64,000 bases of DNA, taken from NCBI RefSeq assembly GCF_041686475.1, contig NZ_JAWLDU010000005.1, forward strand, positions 16,919 through 80,918, written 5' to 3'. The notes below the pieces were generated by a model, which worked only from the letters and a program-made list of their open reading frames with translations, had not been told where the DNA came from and searched no databases. The stretch comes from Marinobacter sp. (GTDB taxonomy: Bacteria; Pseudomonadota; Gammaproteobacteria; Pseudomonadales; Oleiphilaceae). The translations under genes were made by a program, and so were the position numbers. Positions 10,894-23,781 of this stretch are shown here, piece by piece (position 1 is the first letter of the stretch; every line of letters starts with the position of its first letter).

Positions 10894-13800
10894 TTACGTT
10901 CCTGCGTGGAGATCCTGAAGGCGGCGTACAGTGCGCTCAGGGCCGAACTTGATCGCCCGACAGAATGCTTCGCCGCCCGCCAGTGTCGTTGTGTAGGTTA
11001 CCTTGGACTGCAAGGCCGACTGGCGAATCTGTGCCGAATCGGAAATCGCCTTACGTCCTTCGGTAGTGTTGATGATCAGCTGAACCTGACCATTCTTGAT
11101 GGCGTCCACAATGTGCGGACGACCTTCCCGAACCTTGTTTACCCGGTCAACCGTGATGCCCGCTTCTTTCAGGGCCCTGGCAGTGCCGGTGGTAGCAATA
11201 ACCTTGAAACCGGCGTCGACCAGATCCTGGGCTACTTTGGCAGCGCCGGGCTTGTCGACATCGCGGACTGACATGAACGCCGTGCCCTGGACCGGCAGAC
11301 GCTCACCAGAAGCGAGGGCCGCCTTGGCAAAAGCCTCGTCGAAGCTGTCGCCGATGCCCATCACCTCACCGGTGGACTTCATTTCCGGCCCCAGGATCGG
11401 ATCCACCGCCGGGAACTTGTTGAACGGGAACACCGACTCCTTGACGGAATAATGGGTTGGCACAATCTCCCGGGTGAACCCCTGCTCTGCCAGCGATTTG
11501 CCAGCCATGACCCGTGCCGCCACCTTTGCCAGGGACACACCGATAGCCTTGGAAACAAACGGAACCGTACGGGACGCCCGGGGATTTACCTCAATCACGT
11601 AAATCCGGCCGTCCTGCCAGGCCAACTGAACGTTCATCAGTCCGATAACATCCAGCTCGATCGCCATCTTGCGCACGGCTTCGCGCATTTCATCCTGCAC
11701 GTTTTTCGGCAGCGTGTAAGGTGGCAGTGAGCACGCGGAGTCACCGGAGTGCACGCCGGCCTGCTCAATGTGCTGCATGATTCCGCCAATAACCACATCC
11801 TTGCCGTCACTGATGGCATCAATATCCACCTCAATGGCAGCATTGAGGAAGTGGTCCAGCAATACCGGGCTGTCGTTGGAAACCAGCACCGCATTGCGCA
11901 TATAGCGGACCAGTTCCTCCTCGTCGTAGACAATCTCCATGGCCCTGCCACCCAGTACGTAGGACGGGCGGACCACCAGCGGATAGCCAATTTCCCGGGC
12001 TGCCAGAATACCTTCTTCGTGGCTGCGAACGGTGGCATTTTCAGGCTGAATCAGGCCAAGACGGCCGATCATCTGCTGGAAACGCTCGCGGTCTTCGGCA
12101 CGGTCAATGGCGTCCGGGCTGGTACCGATAATGGGTACGCCGGCCGCTTCCAGGCCGCGGGCCAGTTTCAGCGGGGTCTGGCCGCCGTACTGGACAATCA
12201 CACCCCTGGGCTTTTCGACGTTGATGATCTCGAGTACGTCTTCCAGGGTAATCGGCTCGAAGTACAGACGATCGGAAGTGTCGTAGTCGGTGGAAACCGT
12301 TTCCGGGTTGCAGTTGATCATGATGGTTTCATAGCCATCGTCGCGCATGGCGAGGGCGGCATGAACACAGCAGTAATCAAACTCGATCCCCTGGCCGATG
12401 CGGTTGGGGCCGCCACCGATAACCACGATCTTCTCGCGGTCAGAGGCGTCCGCCTCGCACTCTTCCTCATAGGATGAGTACATGTAGGCCGTGGAGGAAG
12501 CAAACTCAGCCGCACAGGTGTCTACCCGCTTGTAAACCGGACGGATATTCAGATCGTGGCGCAGCTTGCGCAGACTGACTTCCGAGATACCCAGCAGCCT
12601 CGCCAGACGGGCGTCGGAGAAACCCTTGCGCTTGAGGCGGAACATGGTGTTCCGGTCAATATCGGCCATACCGGCAGACTTGAGGGTATTCTCCTCTTTG
12701 ATCAGGTCTTCGATCTGCACCAGGTACCAGGGGTCCACGTGGGTGTTACGGAACACATCATCCACGGACATGCCGGCGCGGAAGGCATCGCCAATGTACC
12801 ACAGGCGCTCGGCGCCCGGCACATTCAGCTCCTGGGTAAGGGTTTCCTGGCCGTCGGTGGTGGTCAGATCCACCTTCTCTTCAAAGCCATCAGACCCCAC
12901 TTCCAGGCCACGCATGGCTTTCTGCAGAGACTCCTGGAAGGTACGGCCAATGGCCATCACCTCACCCACGGATTTCATCTGGGTGGTTAGCCGGGCATCC
13001 GCCTGAGGGAACTTTTCGAAGGTAAAGCGCGGGATCTTGGTAACCACGTAGTCGATGCTGGGCTCGAACGAGGCCGGGGTAACACCACCGGTAATTTCGT
13101 TGCGCAGTTCATCGAGGGTATAGCCTACCGCCAGTTTGGCCGCCACCTTGGCGATGGGAAAACCCGTTGCCTTGGAGGCCAGGGCCGAGGAACGGGATAC
13201 CCGCGGGTTCATTTCGATAACCACAACACGGCCGGTATCCGGATTGACACCGAACTGCACGTTGGAGCCGCCGGTTTCCACACCGATCTCACGCAGCACC
13301 GCCAGTGAGGCGTTCCGCATGATCTGGTATTCCTTATCGGTGAGGGTCTGGGCCGGAGCCACGGTAATGGAGTCGCCGGTGTGCACGCCCATGGCGTCGA
13401 AGTTCTCAATGGCGCAGACGATGATGCAGTTGTCATTCTTGTCGCGAACAACTTCCATCTCGTACTCTTTCCAGCCGATCAGGGACTCATCAATGAGCAG
13501 CTCGTTGGTAGGAGACAGATCCAGGCCACGGGTACAGATTTCCTCGAATTCGTCGCGGTTATAGGCAATACCGCCACCGGAGCCGCCCATGGTAAACGAC
13601 GGGCGGATGATGCAGGGGAACCCGATGTCGTCGGCCACTTCCCAGGCTTCGGCCATGGAGTGGGCGATGGTGGCGCGGGGGCACTCAAGGCCGATCTTCT
13701 TCATGGCCTTGTCGAAGCGGTCACGGTCCTCAGCCTTGTCGATGGTATCGGCGTTGGCACCGATCATTTCCACGCCGTGCTTTTCCAGGATGCCGTGTCT

Positions 13801-14109
13801 CTCCAGATCGAGCGCGCAGTTCAGCGCGGTCTGGCCGCCCATGGTGGGCAGTAGCGCATCCGGCTTCTCTTTCTCGATGATCTTCTCGACAGTTTTCCAG
13901 GTAATCGGCTCGATGTAGGTGGCATCGGCCATGACCGGGTCCGTCATAATGGTAGCCGGGTTTGAGTTGACCAGGATAACCCGGTACCCCTCTTCCCGCA
14001 GGGCCTTGCAGGCCTGGGCTCCGGAGTAGTCAAACTCGCACGCCTGACCGATCACAATGGGGCCGGCGCCAAGGATCAGAATGCTTTTAATGTCGGTACG
14101 CTTTGGCAT
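10894..14109 (-). CDS. carB: Carbamoyl-phosphate synthase large subunit
   Basis: [30 protein letters not shown] start, duplicated ATP-grasp domains, C-terminal MGS domain; TGATG overlap with carA. Confidence 0.99.
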   Translation of the reverse strand: MPKRTDIKSILILGAGPIVIGQACEFDYSGAQACKALREEGYRVILVNSNPATIMTDPVMADATYIEPITWKTVEKIIEKEKPDALLPTMGGQTALNCALDLERHGILEKHGVEMIGANADTIDKAEDRDRFDKAMKKIGLECPRATIAHSMAEAWEVADDIGFPCIIRPSFTMGGSGGGIAYNRDEFEEICTRGLDLSPTNELLIDESLIGWKEYEMEVVRDKNDNCIIVCAIENFDAMGVHTGDSITVAPAQTLTDKEYQIMRNASLAVLREIGVETGGSNVQFGVNPDTGRVVVIEMNPRVSRSSALASKATGFPIAKVAAKLAVGYTLDELRNEITGGVTPASFEPSIDYVVTKIPRFTFEKFPQADARLTTQMKSVGEVMAIGRTFQESLQKAMRGLEVGSDGFEEKVDLTTTDGQETLTQELNVPGAERLWYIGDAFRAGMSVDDVFRNTHVDPWYLVQIEDLIKEENTLKSAGMADIDRNTMFRLKRKGFSDARLARLLGISEVSLRKLRHDLNIRPVYKRVDTCAAEFASSTAYMYSSYEEECEADASDREKIVVIGGGPNRIGQGIEFDYCCVHAALAMRDDGYETIMINCNPETVSTDYDTSDRLYFEPITLEDVLEIINVEKPRGVIVQYGGQTPLKLARGLEAAGVPIIGTSPDAIDRAEDRERFQQMIGRLGLIQPENATVRSHEEGILAAREIGYPLVVRPSYVLGGRAMEIVYDEEELVRYMRNAVLVSNDSPVLLDHFLNAAIEVDIDAISDGKDVVIGGIMQHIEQAGVHSGDSACSLPPYTLPKNVQDEMREAVRKMAIELDVIGLMNVQLAWQDGRIYVIEVNPRASRTVPFVSKAIGVSLAKVAARVMAGKSLAEQGFTREIVPTHYSVKESVFPFNKFPAVDPILGPEMKSTGEVMGIGDSFDEAFAKAALASGERLPVQGTAFMSVRDVDKPGAAKVAQDLVDAGFKVIATTGTARALKEAGITVDRVNKVREGRPHIVDAIKNGQVQLIINTTEGRKAISDSAQIRQSALQSKVTYTTTLAGGEAFCRAIKFGPERTVRRLQDLHAGT

Positions 14110-15233
14110 CAACGTGCCTCCATCAGGCGAATAAATTCATCAAACAGCGGCGCCACATCGTGGGGTCCGGGGCTGGCTTCCGGATGCCCCTGGAAACTGA
14201 AGGCCGGCTTGTCGGTGCGGCGAATACCCTGCAGGGAATCATCAAACAGGGACTTATGGGTAGCCTCCAGATTGTCCGGCAGGCTGGCTTCATCCACCGC
14301 AAACCCGTGGTTCTGGCTGGTAATCATCACCGTGCCGTCCTTGAGGTTCTGGACAGGATGGTTGGCTCCGTGGTGGCCGTGGCCCATCTTGACGGACTTC
14401 GCACCACTGGCCAGAGCCAGCAACTGATGACCCAGGCAGATGCCGAACACCGGTATTTCGGTTTCCAGCACTTCGCGGATGGCCTTGATGGCATAGTCGC
14501 AGGGTTCCGGATCGCCGGGGCCGTTGGAAAGAAAAATACCATCCGGGTTCATCGCCAGCACTTCCGATGCGGGCGTCCGGGCGGGCACTACGGTGATATC
14601 GCAGCCACGGCCCGCCAGCATGCGCAGAATGTTGAACTTCACGCCATAATCCCAGGCAACAACTTTGAACTTCGATTCGGTGCGCTCGCCGTAGCCGCTT
14701 TCGATATCCCACTCGCTCTGGCTCCAGGTCCAGGCTTTCTCTGAGGTCACTTCCTTCGCCAGGTCCATGCCCTTGAGGCCCGGGAAAGCGTTGGCCAGCT
14801 CCAGCGCTCTCTCTGCAGTGACGTCTGTGCCGGCAACCACGGCACCGTTCTGGGAGCCCTTATCCCGCAGGATGCGGGTGAGGCGGCGGGTGTCGATGTC
14901 AGCAATGCCTACTATGTTATTGTCCCGCAGGTAATCCTGCAGCGAACCGGTGCTGCGCCAGCTGCTCACCATCAGCGGCAGGTCGCGGATAATCAGGCCG
15001 GCGGCCTGGACGCGATCGGATTCGATGTCTTCTTCGTTGACACCGGTATTGCCGATGTGGGGGTACGTGAGAGTGACAATCTGGCGGGAGTAGGACGGGT
15101 CGGTCAGGATTTCCTGGTAACCGGTCATGGCGGTGTTGAACACCACTTCGCCGCTGGTTTCCCCTTCAGCGCCAATGGCGGTGCCGTAAAACAGGCTTCC
15201 GTCTGCGAGTGCAAGGATGGCTGGTGTACTCAA
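14109..15233 (-). CDS. carA: Carbamoyl-phosphate synthase small subunit
   Basis: [29 protein letters not shown] and FQGHPEA motifs; likely TTG start at 15233. Confidence 0.98.
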   Translation of the reverse strand: MSTPAILALADGSLFYGTAIGAEGETSGEVVFNTAMTGYQEILTDPSYSRQIVTLTYPHIGNTGVNEEDIESDRVQAAGLIIRDLPLMVSSWRSTGSLQDYLRDNNIVGIADIDTRRLTRILRDKGSQNGAVVAGTDVTAERALELANAFPGLKGMDLAKEVTSEKAWTWSQSEWDIESGYGERTESKFKVVAWDYGVKFNILRMLAGRGCDITVVPARTPASEVLAMNPDGIFLSNGPGDPEPCDYAIKAIREVLETEIPVFGICLGHQLLALASGAKSVKMGHGHHGANHPVQNLKDGTVMITSQNHGFAVDEASLPDNLEATHKSLFDDSLQGIRRTDKPAFSFQGHPEASPGPHDVAPLFDEFIRLMEAR

Positions 15234-15302
15234 GGCTTGTATCCTCATCGAGTGGCGTACAGGTTCGTCACGAACAGGAACGCAAGCGCAAATTCAGGTC
15301 GC

Positions 15303-15340
15303 AAAAAAGCGAGAGGGAGTTGAACTCCGTCCCGCTTTTT
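15303..15340 (-). terminator. Attenuator-like terminator in the carA leader
   Basis: Minus strand GCGGGAcGGAG-TTCAA-CTCCcTCTCGC-TTTTTT, located downstream of a predicted promoter and upstream of carA. Confidence 0.65.
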
Positions 15341-15386
15341 CTATAGAGCGTTGTCAAAGCTACGCTTGGTGCAGTTAAACCGCGTC

Positions 15387-15415
15387 ATTGTAAGAAATAT
15401 GGGGCTTTGTGTCCA
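15387..15415 (-). promoter_or_regulatory. Sigma70-like carAB promoter
   Basis: Minus strand TGGACA-17 nt-TACAAT. Confidence 0.55.
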
Positions 15416-15428
15416 TGTTCATTACAAC

Positions 15429-17377
<1,949 letters not shown>

Positions 17378-17405
17378 GCTCTAAAACCCTGTTGGTAAAA
17401 CGAGG

Positions 17406-17431
17406 AAAACGCGGGAGAGCTCCCGCGTTTT
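17406..17431 (-). terminator. Hairpin/terminator between dnaK and dnaJ
   Basis: AAAACGCGGGAG-AG-CTCCCGCGTTTT inverted repeat. Confidence 0.65.
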
Positions 17432-17455
17432 CCAACTGCCTGATGGTCTTAAGTT

Positions 17456-19381
17456 TTATCGCTTGTCGTCGTCTTTGACTTCTTCAAACTCGGCATCAAC
17501 GGCGTCGTCGCTCTTACCGGACTGGGCACTCTCTTCGCCTCCGGCTTGCTGCGCCTGTTCTGCCTGGTCCGCATACATCTTCTGGGCCAGCTCGGAAGAT
17601 GCTTCTGTCAGCTTCTGGGTCTTGGCCTCGATATCGTCCTTGTCGGAACCGGCCAGGGCTTCTTCCAGCTCTTTGATGGAAGCCTCAATGGACTCCTTCT
17701 CGCTGTCAGTTACCTTGTCGCCAGCATCGGCCAGGGTCTTGCGCACGGTGTGAACCATCGCGTCACCCTGGTTACGGGCCTGAACCAGCTCTTCGAACTT
17801 GCGATCTTCATCGGCGTTGGCCTCTGCATCGCGGACCATCTTCTCGATTTCGTCGTCATTCAGGCCGGAAGAGGCCTTGATAACGATAGACTGCTCCTTA
17901 CCGGTCGCCTTGTCTTTGGCAGACACGTTCAGGATGCCGTTGGCATCGATATCGAAAGTGACTTCGATCTGCGGCGTACCACGGGGTGCCGGCGGAATGT
18001 CAGCCAGGTCAAACCGACCCAGTGACTTGTTCTGAGCCGCCTGCTTACGCTCACCCTGGACTACGTGAATGGTCACGGCAGTCTGGTTGTCATCCGCAGT
18101 GGAGAACGTCTGCGACTTCTTGGTCGGGATCGTGGTGTTCTTGTCGATCAGCGGCGTAGCCACACCACCCATGGTTTCGATACCCAGGGTCAGCGGGGTT
18201 ACGTCCAGAAGCAGTACATCCTTGACATCACCGGAAAGCACGGCTGCCTGAATGGCTGCACCCATGGCTACGGCTTCGTCCGGGTTCACGTCTTTGCGCG
18301 CTTCCTTGCCGAAGAAGTTCTTCACCTTCTCCTGAACCATCGGCATACGAGTCTGACCACCGACCAGGATTACCTCGTCGATTTCGCCGATCTTGGCACC
18401 GGAGTCTTCCAGCGCGGTGCGGCATGGTGCGAGACTGCGCTCAACCAGCTCTTCAACCAGTGACTCGAGCTTGGCGCGGGTCACCTTCACGTTCATATGC
18501 TTGGGACCGCTGGCGTCCGCCGTTACATACGGCAGGTTGACGTCGGTCTGCTGACTGCTGGACAACTCAATCTTGGCCTTCTCGGCAGCTTCCTTCAGGC
18601 GCTGCATGGCCAGCGAGTCACCGCGCAGATCGATACCGCTGTCTTTCTTGAACTGATCAGCAAGGTATTCGATCAGCTTCATGTCGAAGTCTTCACCACC
18701 GAGGAAGGTGTCGCCGTTGGTGGCCAGTACTTCGAACTGGTGCTCACCGTCCACGTCGGCAATCTCGATGATGGAGATATCGAAGGTACCACCACCCAGG
18801 TCATAAACAGCCACGGTACGATCGCCGCTCTTCTTGTCCAGACCATAGGCCAGGGCTGCAGCGGTCGGCTCGTTGATGATGCGCTTCACATCCAGACCGG
18901 CAATCTTGCCGGCGTCCTTGGTGGCCTGACGCTGGCTGTCATTGAAGTAGGCCGGCACGGTAATAACCGCTTCGGTCACTTTCTCACCCAGGTAATCTTC
19001 AGCGGTTTTCTTCATCTTCTTGATGATTTCCGCGGACACCTGCGGGGGCGCCATCTTCTCACCCTTCACTTCTACCCAGGCATCGCCATTGTCTGCCTTG
19101 GTGATCTTGTAGGGCACCATCTTGATGTCTTTCTGGACCACGTCATCTTCAAAACGACGACCGATCAGACGCTTGATGGCGTACAGGGTGTTGTTCGGGT
19201 TGGTGACCGCCTGACGCTTGGCAGACTGACCTACCAGGGTTTCACCGTCTTCGGTGTAAGCCACGATGGACGGGGTGGTGCGATCACCCTCGGCGTTCTC
19301 GATAACCTTGACCTTGTCGCCATCCATGATGGCAACACAGGAGTTCGTGGTTCCCAGGTCGATACCAATGATCTTGCTCAT
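17456..19381 (-). CDS. dnaK: Chaperone DnaK (Hsp70)
   Basis: [19 protein letters not shown] and DAEFEEV motifs. Confidence 0.99.
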   Translation of the reverse strand: MSKIIGIDLGTTNSCVAIMDGDKVKVIENAEGDRTTPSIVAYTEDGETLVGQSAKRQAVTNPNNTLYAIKRLIGRRFEDDVVQKDIKMVPYKITKADNGDAWVEVKGEKMAPPQVSAEIIKKMKKTAEDYLGEKVTEAVITVPAYFNDSQRQATKDAGKIAGLDVKRIINEPTAAALAYGLDKKSGDRTVAVYDLGGGTFDISIIEIADVDGEHQFEVLATNGDTFLGGEDFDMKLIEYLADQFKKDSGIDLRGDSLAMQRLKEAAEKAKIELSSSQQTDVNLPYVTADASGPKHMNVKVTRAKLESLVEELVERSLAPCRTALEDSGAKIGEIDEVILVGGQTRMPMVQEKVKNFFGKEARKDVNPDEAVAMGAAIQAAVLSGDVKDVLLLDVTPLTLGIETMGGVATPLIDKNTTIPTKKSQTFSTADDNQTAVTIHVVQGERKQAAQNKSLGRFDLADIPPAPRGTPQIEVTFDIDANGILNVSAKDKATGKEQSIVIKASSGLNDDEIEKMVRDAEANADEDRKFEELVQARNQGDAMVHTVRKTLADAGDKVTDSEKESIEASIKELEEALAGSDKDDIEAKTQKLTEASSELAQKMYADQAEQAQQAGGEESAQSGKSDDAVDAEFEEVKDDDKR

Positions 19382-19469
19382 GTAAACACTCCAATTCGAT
19401 TGTTCAATTCAGTTCTGACTATTTTCAAAGCTGTTCCGGGAGCCCCGGTGCGCTGCCTGTTTACTGGCT

Positions 19470-19497
19470 ATATTGGCGCGTTAATCTGCTTTTCAAG
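19470..19497 (-). promoter_or_regulatory. Sigma32 (RpoH) promoter for dnaK
   Basis: Minus strand CTTGAAA-13 nt-GCCAATAT versus consensus CTTGAAA-N13/14-CCCCATNT; overlaps the grpE stop codon. Confidence 0.6.
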
Positions 19498-20098
19498 CCT
19501 GTTCGTCGATTTTTGGTGCATCCTCGGCCTTGGCAACCACCACCATCGCGGGGCGAACCAGCCGTTCATTCAGCATGTAGCCCTTCTGGACCACGGCCAC
19601 GACGCTGTTAGGTTCCGCATCGGGCGCAGGCACCATGGACATGGCCTCATGCTGCTGGGGATCGAACGGCTCACCCACCGGGTTGAGCTGCTCGACATTG
19701 AATTTCCTGAGACTGTTCATAAACAGGTTCAGGGTCATCTCGACACCTTCACGGATGGACGCCACAAGCTCACCGGCATCCTCGTGCCCTTCGGTGCTTT
19801 CTACAGCCTTTTCGAGGCTGTCAGCAACCGGCAGAAGCTCCTTTACAAACTTCTCCAGCGCAAATTTATGAGCTTTTTCGACGTCAATCTCGGCGCGCCG
19901 GCGGACGTTCTGCATCTCTGCCTGCGAGCGCAGCATCTGTTCCTGGAACTCCTGCGCCTGCGCCTTAAGCGCCTCAATCTCGCCTTCGGAAGAGTTCTCC
20001 GCGGCATCGTCAGCAGCACCATTTTCCTGTGCGGCCGCTTCGGCCTTGCCCTTCAGCTCTTCCTCAACCTGTTCGTTACGCTTCTCGTCAGCGCTCAT
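19493..20098 (-). CDS. grpE: Nucleotide exchange factor GrpE
   Basis: [18 protein letters not shown] and [18 protein letters not shown] motifs; ATG at 20098 follows an AGGAG RBS. Confidence 0.97.
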   Translation of the reverse strand: MSADEKRNEQVEEELKGKAEAAAQENGAADDAAENSSEGEIEALKAQAQEFQEQMLRSQAEMQNVRRRAEIDVEKAHKFALEKFVKELLPVADSLEKAVESTEGHEDAGELVASIREGVEMTLNLFMNSLRKFNVEQLNPVGEPFDPQQHEAMSMVPAPDAEPNSVVAVVQKGYMLNERLVRPAMVVVAKAEDAPKIDEQA

Positions 20099-20192
20099 GG
20101 CAACTCCTGCTTGGTCGTCGACGGCCATAACAGCGGCCGGTTAACTATGGCTCCCGGTCATACAAAACCGGGAAAAACGTGTTTGCGAACGG

Positions 20193-20220
20193 ATATGGGG
20201 CCCGCAAAGAATGTTTCAAC
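20193..20220 (-). promoter_or_regulatory. Sigma32 (RpoH) promoter for grpE
   Basis: Minus strand GTTGAAA-13 nt-CCCCATAT, near-perfect consensus. Confidence 0.8.
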
Positions 20221-20279
20221 CGTTGAGGCCATCATTCGTTCACAAATTCTACGGACGATGTTTGCAAACCGATAAATCC

Positions 20280-20314
20280 CTGTATATATTCACAGTCACT
20301 GTATGAATTAACAG
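20280..20314. promoter_or_regulatory. Two tandem LexA (SOS) boxes upstream of recN
   Basis: CTGTATATATTCACAG (20280-20295) and CTGTATGAATTAACAG (20299-20314), both matching CTGT-N8-ACAG. Confidence 0.9.
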
Positions 20315-20343
20315 TATTCAGGAAACGAGCGGAGGATATCTGC

Positions 20344-22023
20344 ATGCTCACACAACTCACCGTCTCCAATTACGCCATTGCCGAACGGGTTGAACTTCAG
20401 TTTGCAAAGGGGATGACGGCCCTTACCGGGGAAACCGGTGCCGGCAAATCCATAGTGCTGGATGCCCTGGGCCTCGCCATGGGCGGCCGTGCCGATGCCG
20501 GCGCCGTGCGGCACGGAGCCAAACGTGCAGATATCACCGCCACCTTTGATGTTTCCGCAATTGCGGAAGCCAGGCAATGGCTCGAAGATCACGAACTGGA
20601 TGATGACCATGAGTGCATACTGCGCCGCGTCATCAGCAAGGACGGCCGCTCCCGCGCCTATATCAACGGCCAGCCCTGCCCGCTGGCGCACCTGAAAGAC
20701 CTGGGGAGCACGCTGATGGATATCCACAGCCAACATCAGCACCAGTCCCTGCTTCGCAAGGAAACCCACCGCAAACTGCTGGACGAGTTCGCCGGCGTGG
20801 ATGCGCTGGCAGATCAGACCAGAGAAGCCTGGAAAATCTGGCACAGAACCCATCAGCGCCTGGCCGAACGTCGCCAGAACGCCGACGAGGCCGAAGCCCG
20901 CCTGCAACTGCTGAGATATCAGGTGGAAGAACTGGACCGCCTGGCCCTTCAAGAGGGCGAGCAGGAGCAACTGGAGAAAGAACAGGAACAGCTCAGCCAC
21001 GCCGACGCCGTACTGCACAGCAGCCACCAGGCCACCCTGCTATGCACGGAAGATGACAACAGTGCAGCAAACCTTGTCAGGCAGGCGCTTCAGCAACTGG
21101 AACAGCTGCCTGTAGAGGTGCCGGCACTGGCTGAAACCGTCCAGATGTTGAACGAGGCCCAGATCCAGATTACCGAAGCAGGAGATAACCTGCGCCACTT
21201 CGTGGAAGATTACGACGCAGATCCGGCCAGGCTGGCGGAGGTGGAAGAGCGCCTGAGTTCGATTTACCAGATGGCACGCAAACACCGCATAACTCCGGAA
21301 ACCCTGCCTGAGTTCCACCGCTCCCTCACTGCAGAGCTGGCTTCCCTGGACGATGGCGAAGGCAGCATTGAAAAGCTGGAAGCAGAGCTGGACGAACAGC
21401 TTGGCCTGTTTAACGGACTGGCCACACAACTGTCAGAGGCCCGGCAGCAGGCGGCTGCCAAGCTGGACCGGCGGATTGCTGAAGAGTTGGCCCAGCTGAG
21501 TATGCCGGCCGTACAGTTCGTTACCCATCTGAGCCGCAACAAGGATGAGGAGCCTGCACCCCATGGCCTGGAAGATATCGAATTCCTGGTCAGCGCCAAC
21601 CCCGGACAGCCTGCACGGCCGTTGGCCAAGGTTGCTTCCGGCGGAGAACTGTCCCGCATCAGCCTGGCTATTCAGGTGGTGGTTGCACAGACATCCACCA
21701 CACCAACCCTGGTGTTTGATGAGGTAGATGTCGGCATTGGTGGTGGAACCGCTGAGGTGGTTGGTCGACTGCTCAGAAGCCTGGGAGATAATGGCCAGGT
21801 TCTGTGTGTGACCCACCTGGCGCAAGTGGCGGCGCAATGCCACCAGCACCTGTTTGTCAGCAAGTTCACGGAAGCAGACGCTACTTACTCGAAGATCGAG
21901 CCACTCGACGAAGATGGCAGAGTAAGCGAAGTGGCGCGGATGTTGGGCGGCGTTGATATGACGGAGCATACCATTGCCCACGCCCATGAAATGTTCACCA
22001 AGGGCCAGGCAACGCACCACTGA
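20344..22023 (+). CDS. recN: DNA repair protein RecN
   Basis: TGETGAGKS, coiled coil, ASGGELSR, FDEVDVG and THLAQVA motifs. Confidence 0.98.
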   Translation: MLTQLTVSNYAIAERVELQFAKGMTALTGETGAGKSIVLDALGLAMGGRADAGAVRHGAKRADITATFDVSAIAEARQWLEDHELDDDHECILRRVISKDGRSRAYINGQPCPLAHLKDLGSTLMDIHSQHQHQSLLRKETHRKLLDEFAGVDALADQTREAWKIWHRTHQRLAERRQNADEAEARLQLLRYQVEELDRLALQEGEQEQLEKEQEQLSHADAVLHSSHQATLLCTEDDNSAANLVRQALQQLEQLPVEVPALAETVQMLNEAQIQITEAGDNLRHFVEDYDADPARLAEVEERLSSIYQMARKHRITPETLPEFHRSLTAELASLDDGEGSIEKLEAELDEQLGLFNGLATQLSEARQQAAAKLDRRIAEELAQLSMPAVQFVTHLSRNKDEEPAPHGLEDIEFLVSANPGQPARPLAKVASGGELSRISLAIQVVVAQTSTTPTLVFDEVDVGIGGGTAEVVGRLLRSLGDNGQVLCVTHLAQVAAQCHQHLFVSKFTEADATYSKIEPLDEDGRVSEVARMLGGVDMTEHTIAHAHEMFTKGQATHH

Positions 22024-22070
22024 GGAGTCGCAGATTCGTAAGGTATTCCCCTCTCGATCCTGAGAGTTTT

Positions 22071-22100
22071 TGGGGCGGGCTCAACACCCGCCCCTTTTTT
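22071..22100 (+). terminator. Terminator after recN
   Basis: GGGGCGGG-CTCAACA-CCCGCCCC-TTTTTT between convergent recN and fur. Confidence 0.75.
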
Positions 22101-22117
22101 CTATTCCGCCCCGCGAC

Positions 22118-22528
22118 TCAGGACTTGATTGGTTTGACGTAGAGAATCAGGCTGTGGTCGACGATCTCATAACCACGCTCCTTGGCAATCTTCTGTTGCC
22201 GCTCTTCGATGATGTCGTCAACGAACTCGATGACTTCTCCGGTCTGGGTGCAGACCATATGGTCATGATGGTCGTCGCCCGCCATTTCGAATACCGCGTG
22301 GCCACCCTCAAAGTTATGGCGCAGAACCAGGCCCGCAGCCTCAAACTGGGTGAGCACCCGATACACAGTTGCCAGGCCCACGTCATCACCCTGTTCCAGA
22401 AGCTTCTTGTAGACATCCTCTGCACTGAGGTGATGTTCCTCGGAGTTTTCCAGGATATTGAAAATTTTCACTCTTGGCAGAGTGACTTTAAGACCGACTT
22501 TCCGCAATTCGGTGTTTTCGGATGACAT
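22118..22528 (-). CDS. fur: Ferric uptake regulator Fur
   Basis: LRKVGLKVTLPR, GLATVYRVL and HHDHMVC motifs; start placed at MSSEN (22528). Confidence 0.97.
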   Translation of the reverse strand: MSSENTELRKVGLKVTLPRVKIFNILENSEEHHLSAEDVYKKLLEQGDDVGLATVYRVLTQFEAAGLVLRHNFEGGHAVFEMAGDDHHDHMVCTQTGEVIEFVDDIIEERQQKIAKERGYEIVDHSLILYVKPIKS

Positions 22529-22650
22529 GTTACGATTCACTCTTTGGTGTGCCTCACGGCTTCCGGTATGATGGAGCCGCATGTTAACGGTCAGACCGTG
22601 TCACACCTGCCCCTGGCAGGCGATTTCAAGATAGAGGATTTCCCCCGGCG

Positions 22651-22977
22651 ATGCAAAAGATCACAGCTCTCATTCTCACTCTCATCATGACTGGCTGTGC
22701 CTTTCCAGGTGTGTACAAGATCAATGTGCAACAGGGAAACGTACTTACTGACGAAGAGCTGACTTCACTGGCCGAGGGCATGTCCCGCAGCCAGGTTCAT
22801 TCCCTGCTGGGAACACCCCTGATGACCAACCCGGCGGATCCTTCCCGGGAATACTATGTGTATACCTTCCAGCGCAGCGGTGGTGACATCGAGGAGCAGC
22901 GGGTTATCGTCTATTACGATGACGAACAGTATTCCCACTACGAAGCGCAGCTGCTGGAAGAGACCCCGGCATACTGA
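22651..22977 (+). CDS. bamE: Outer membrane assembly lipoprotein BamE
   Basis: Lipobox MTGC, YKINVQQGN and GMSRSQV..LLGTP motifs; divergent from fur. Confidence 0.95.
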   Translation: MQKITALILTLIMTGCAFPGVYKINVQQGNVLTDEELTSLAEGMSRSQVHSLLGTPLMTNPADPSREYYVYTFQRSGGDIEEQRVIVYYDDEQYSHYEAQLLEETPAY

Positions 22978-22984
22978 ATCTGCT

Positions 22985-23266
22985 TCAGGTTTTCTTCTTT
23001 GCCCGGTTAAGCCGGGCCTCCTTGGGATCGATCTTTAATGGCCGGTATATTTCAACCCGGTCACCCTGACGCAACTCGTGTGCAGACGGACTCTTGATCA
23101 CCTTGCCAAAGATACCCATGTCGTCCTTTTCCGGATCAATTTCCGGAAAAATTGCGTCGATGCCGGAAGCCCGCACCGCTTCCACCGCCGTCGTGCCTTC
23201 CTCGACCTGTAACCGGACTATTTCCTGTCTGTCTGGCCGGGCGAACGCCACTTCCACATCGATCAA
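22985..23266 (-). CDS. ratB: RnfH/RatB ubiquitin-like protein
   Basis: GIFGK and GDRVEIYRPLKIDPKEAR motifs. Confidence 0.9.
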   Translation of the reverse strand: MIDVEVAFARPDRQEIVRLQVEEGTTAVEAVRASGIDAIFPEIDPEKDDMGIFGKVIKSPSAHELRQGDRVEIYRPLKIDPKEARLNRAKKKT

Positions 23267-23709
23267 GCCACACCTCCTCGATAAAGCTCGTCTGCACGAC
23301 GGCAGAAAGCATCCACCATGGTATTCGCCGCCTGGCTGAATACCGGGCCGAACGTCATTCGTGACAGAGACCCGGAGAACTCGAACTCCAGGGTCAGAAT
23401 GACCTTGCAGGCATTATCATCCAGAGATTTGAAATGCCAGCGGCCACTCAGATTCCTGAAGGGACCATCCACCAGACTCATTTCAATAGTATCCGGCAAC
23501 AGCAACTGGTTGCAGGTGGTCAGACGATGGCGAACCCCACCCCTGGCGATATCCATGGACGCCACAATCTGCTCGCCCGTTTCTTCATGTATTTCAGTAT
23601 CTGCACACCAGGGCAGGAATTCCGGATAGCGGGCTACATCATTGACCAGATGGAACATGCGATTTGCCGGATGCATAACCAGCGCGGTTTTATCGATCTG
23701 ATGGGGCAT
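23263..23709 (-). CDS. ratA: RatA/PasT (Coq10-like START domain) protein
   Basis: LVNDVARYPEFLPWC, LVDGPF..LSGRW and MVDAF motifs. Confidence 0.92.
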   Translation of the reverse strand: MPHQIDKTALVMHPANRMFHLVNDVARYPEFLPWCADTEIHEETGEQIVASMDIARGGVRHRLTTCNQLLLPDTIEMSLVDGPFRNLSGRWHFKSLDDNACKVILTLEFEFSGSLSRMTFGPVFSQAANTMVDAFCRRADELYRGGVA

Positions 23710-23781
23710 TAGAGGCAAACGTCCTGCTTGATACATGCTTGATTGGATAATGCTGGTGAGCCTTGCCGGATTTAGCCTGGC

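Noticed and set aside
18497-20275. 592-aa ORF antisense to dnaK/grpE
   Set aside because: Long antisense frames opposite Hsp70 genes are a known codon-bias artefact; it has no recognisable motifs of its own.
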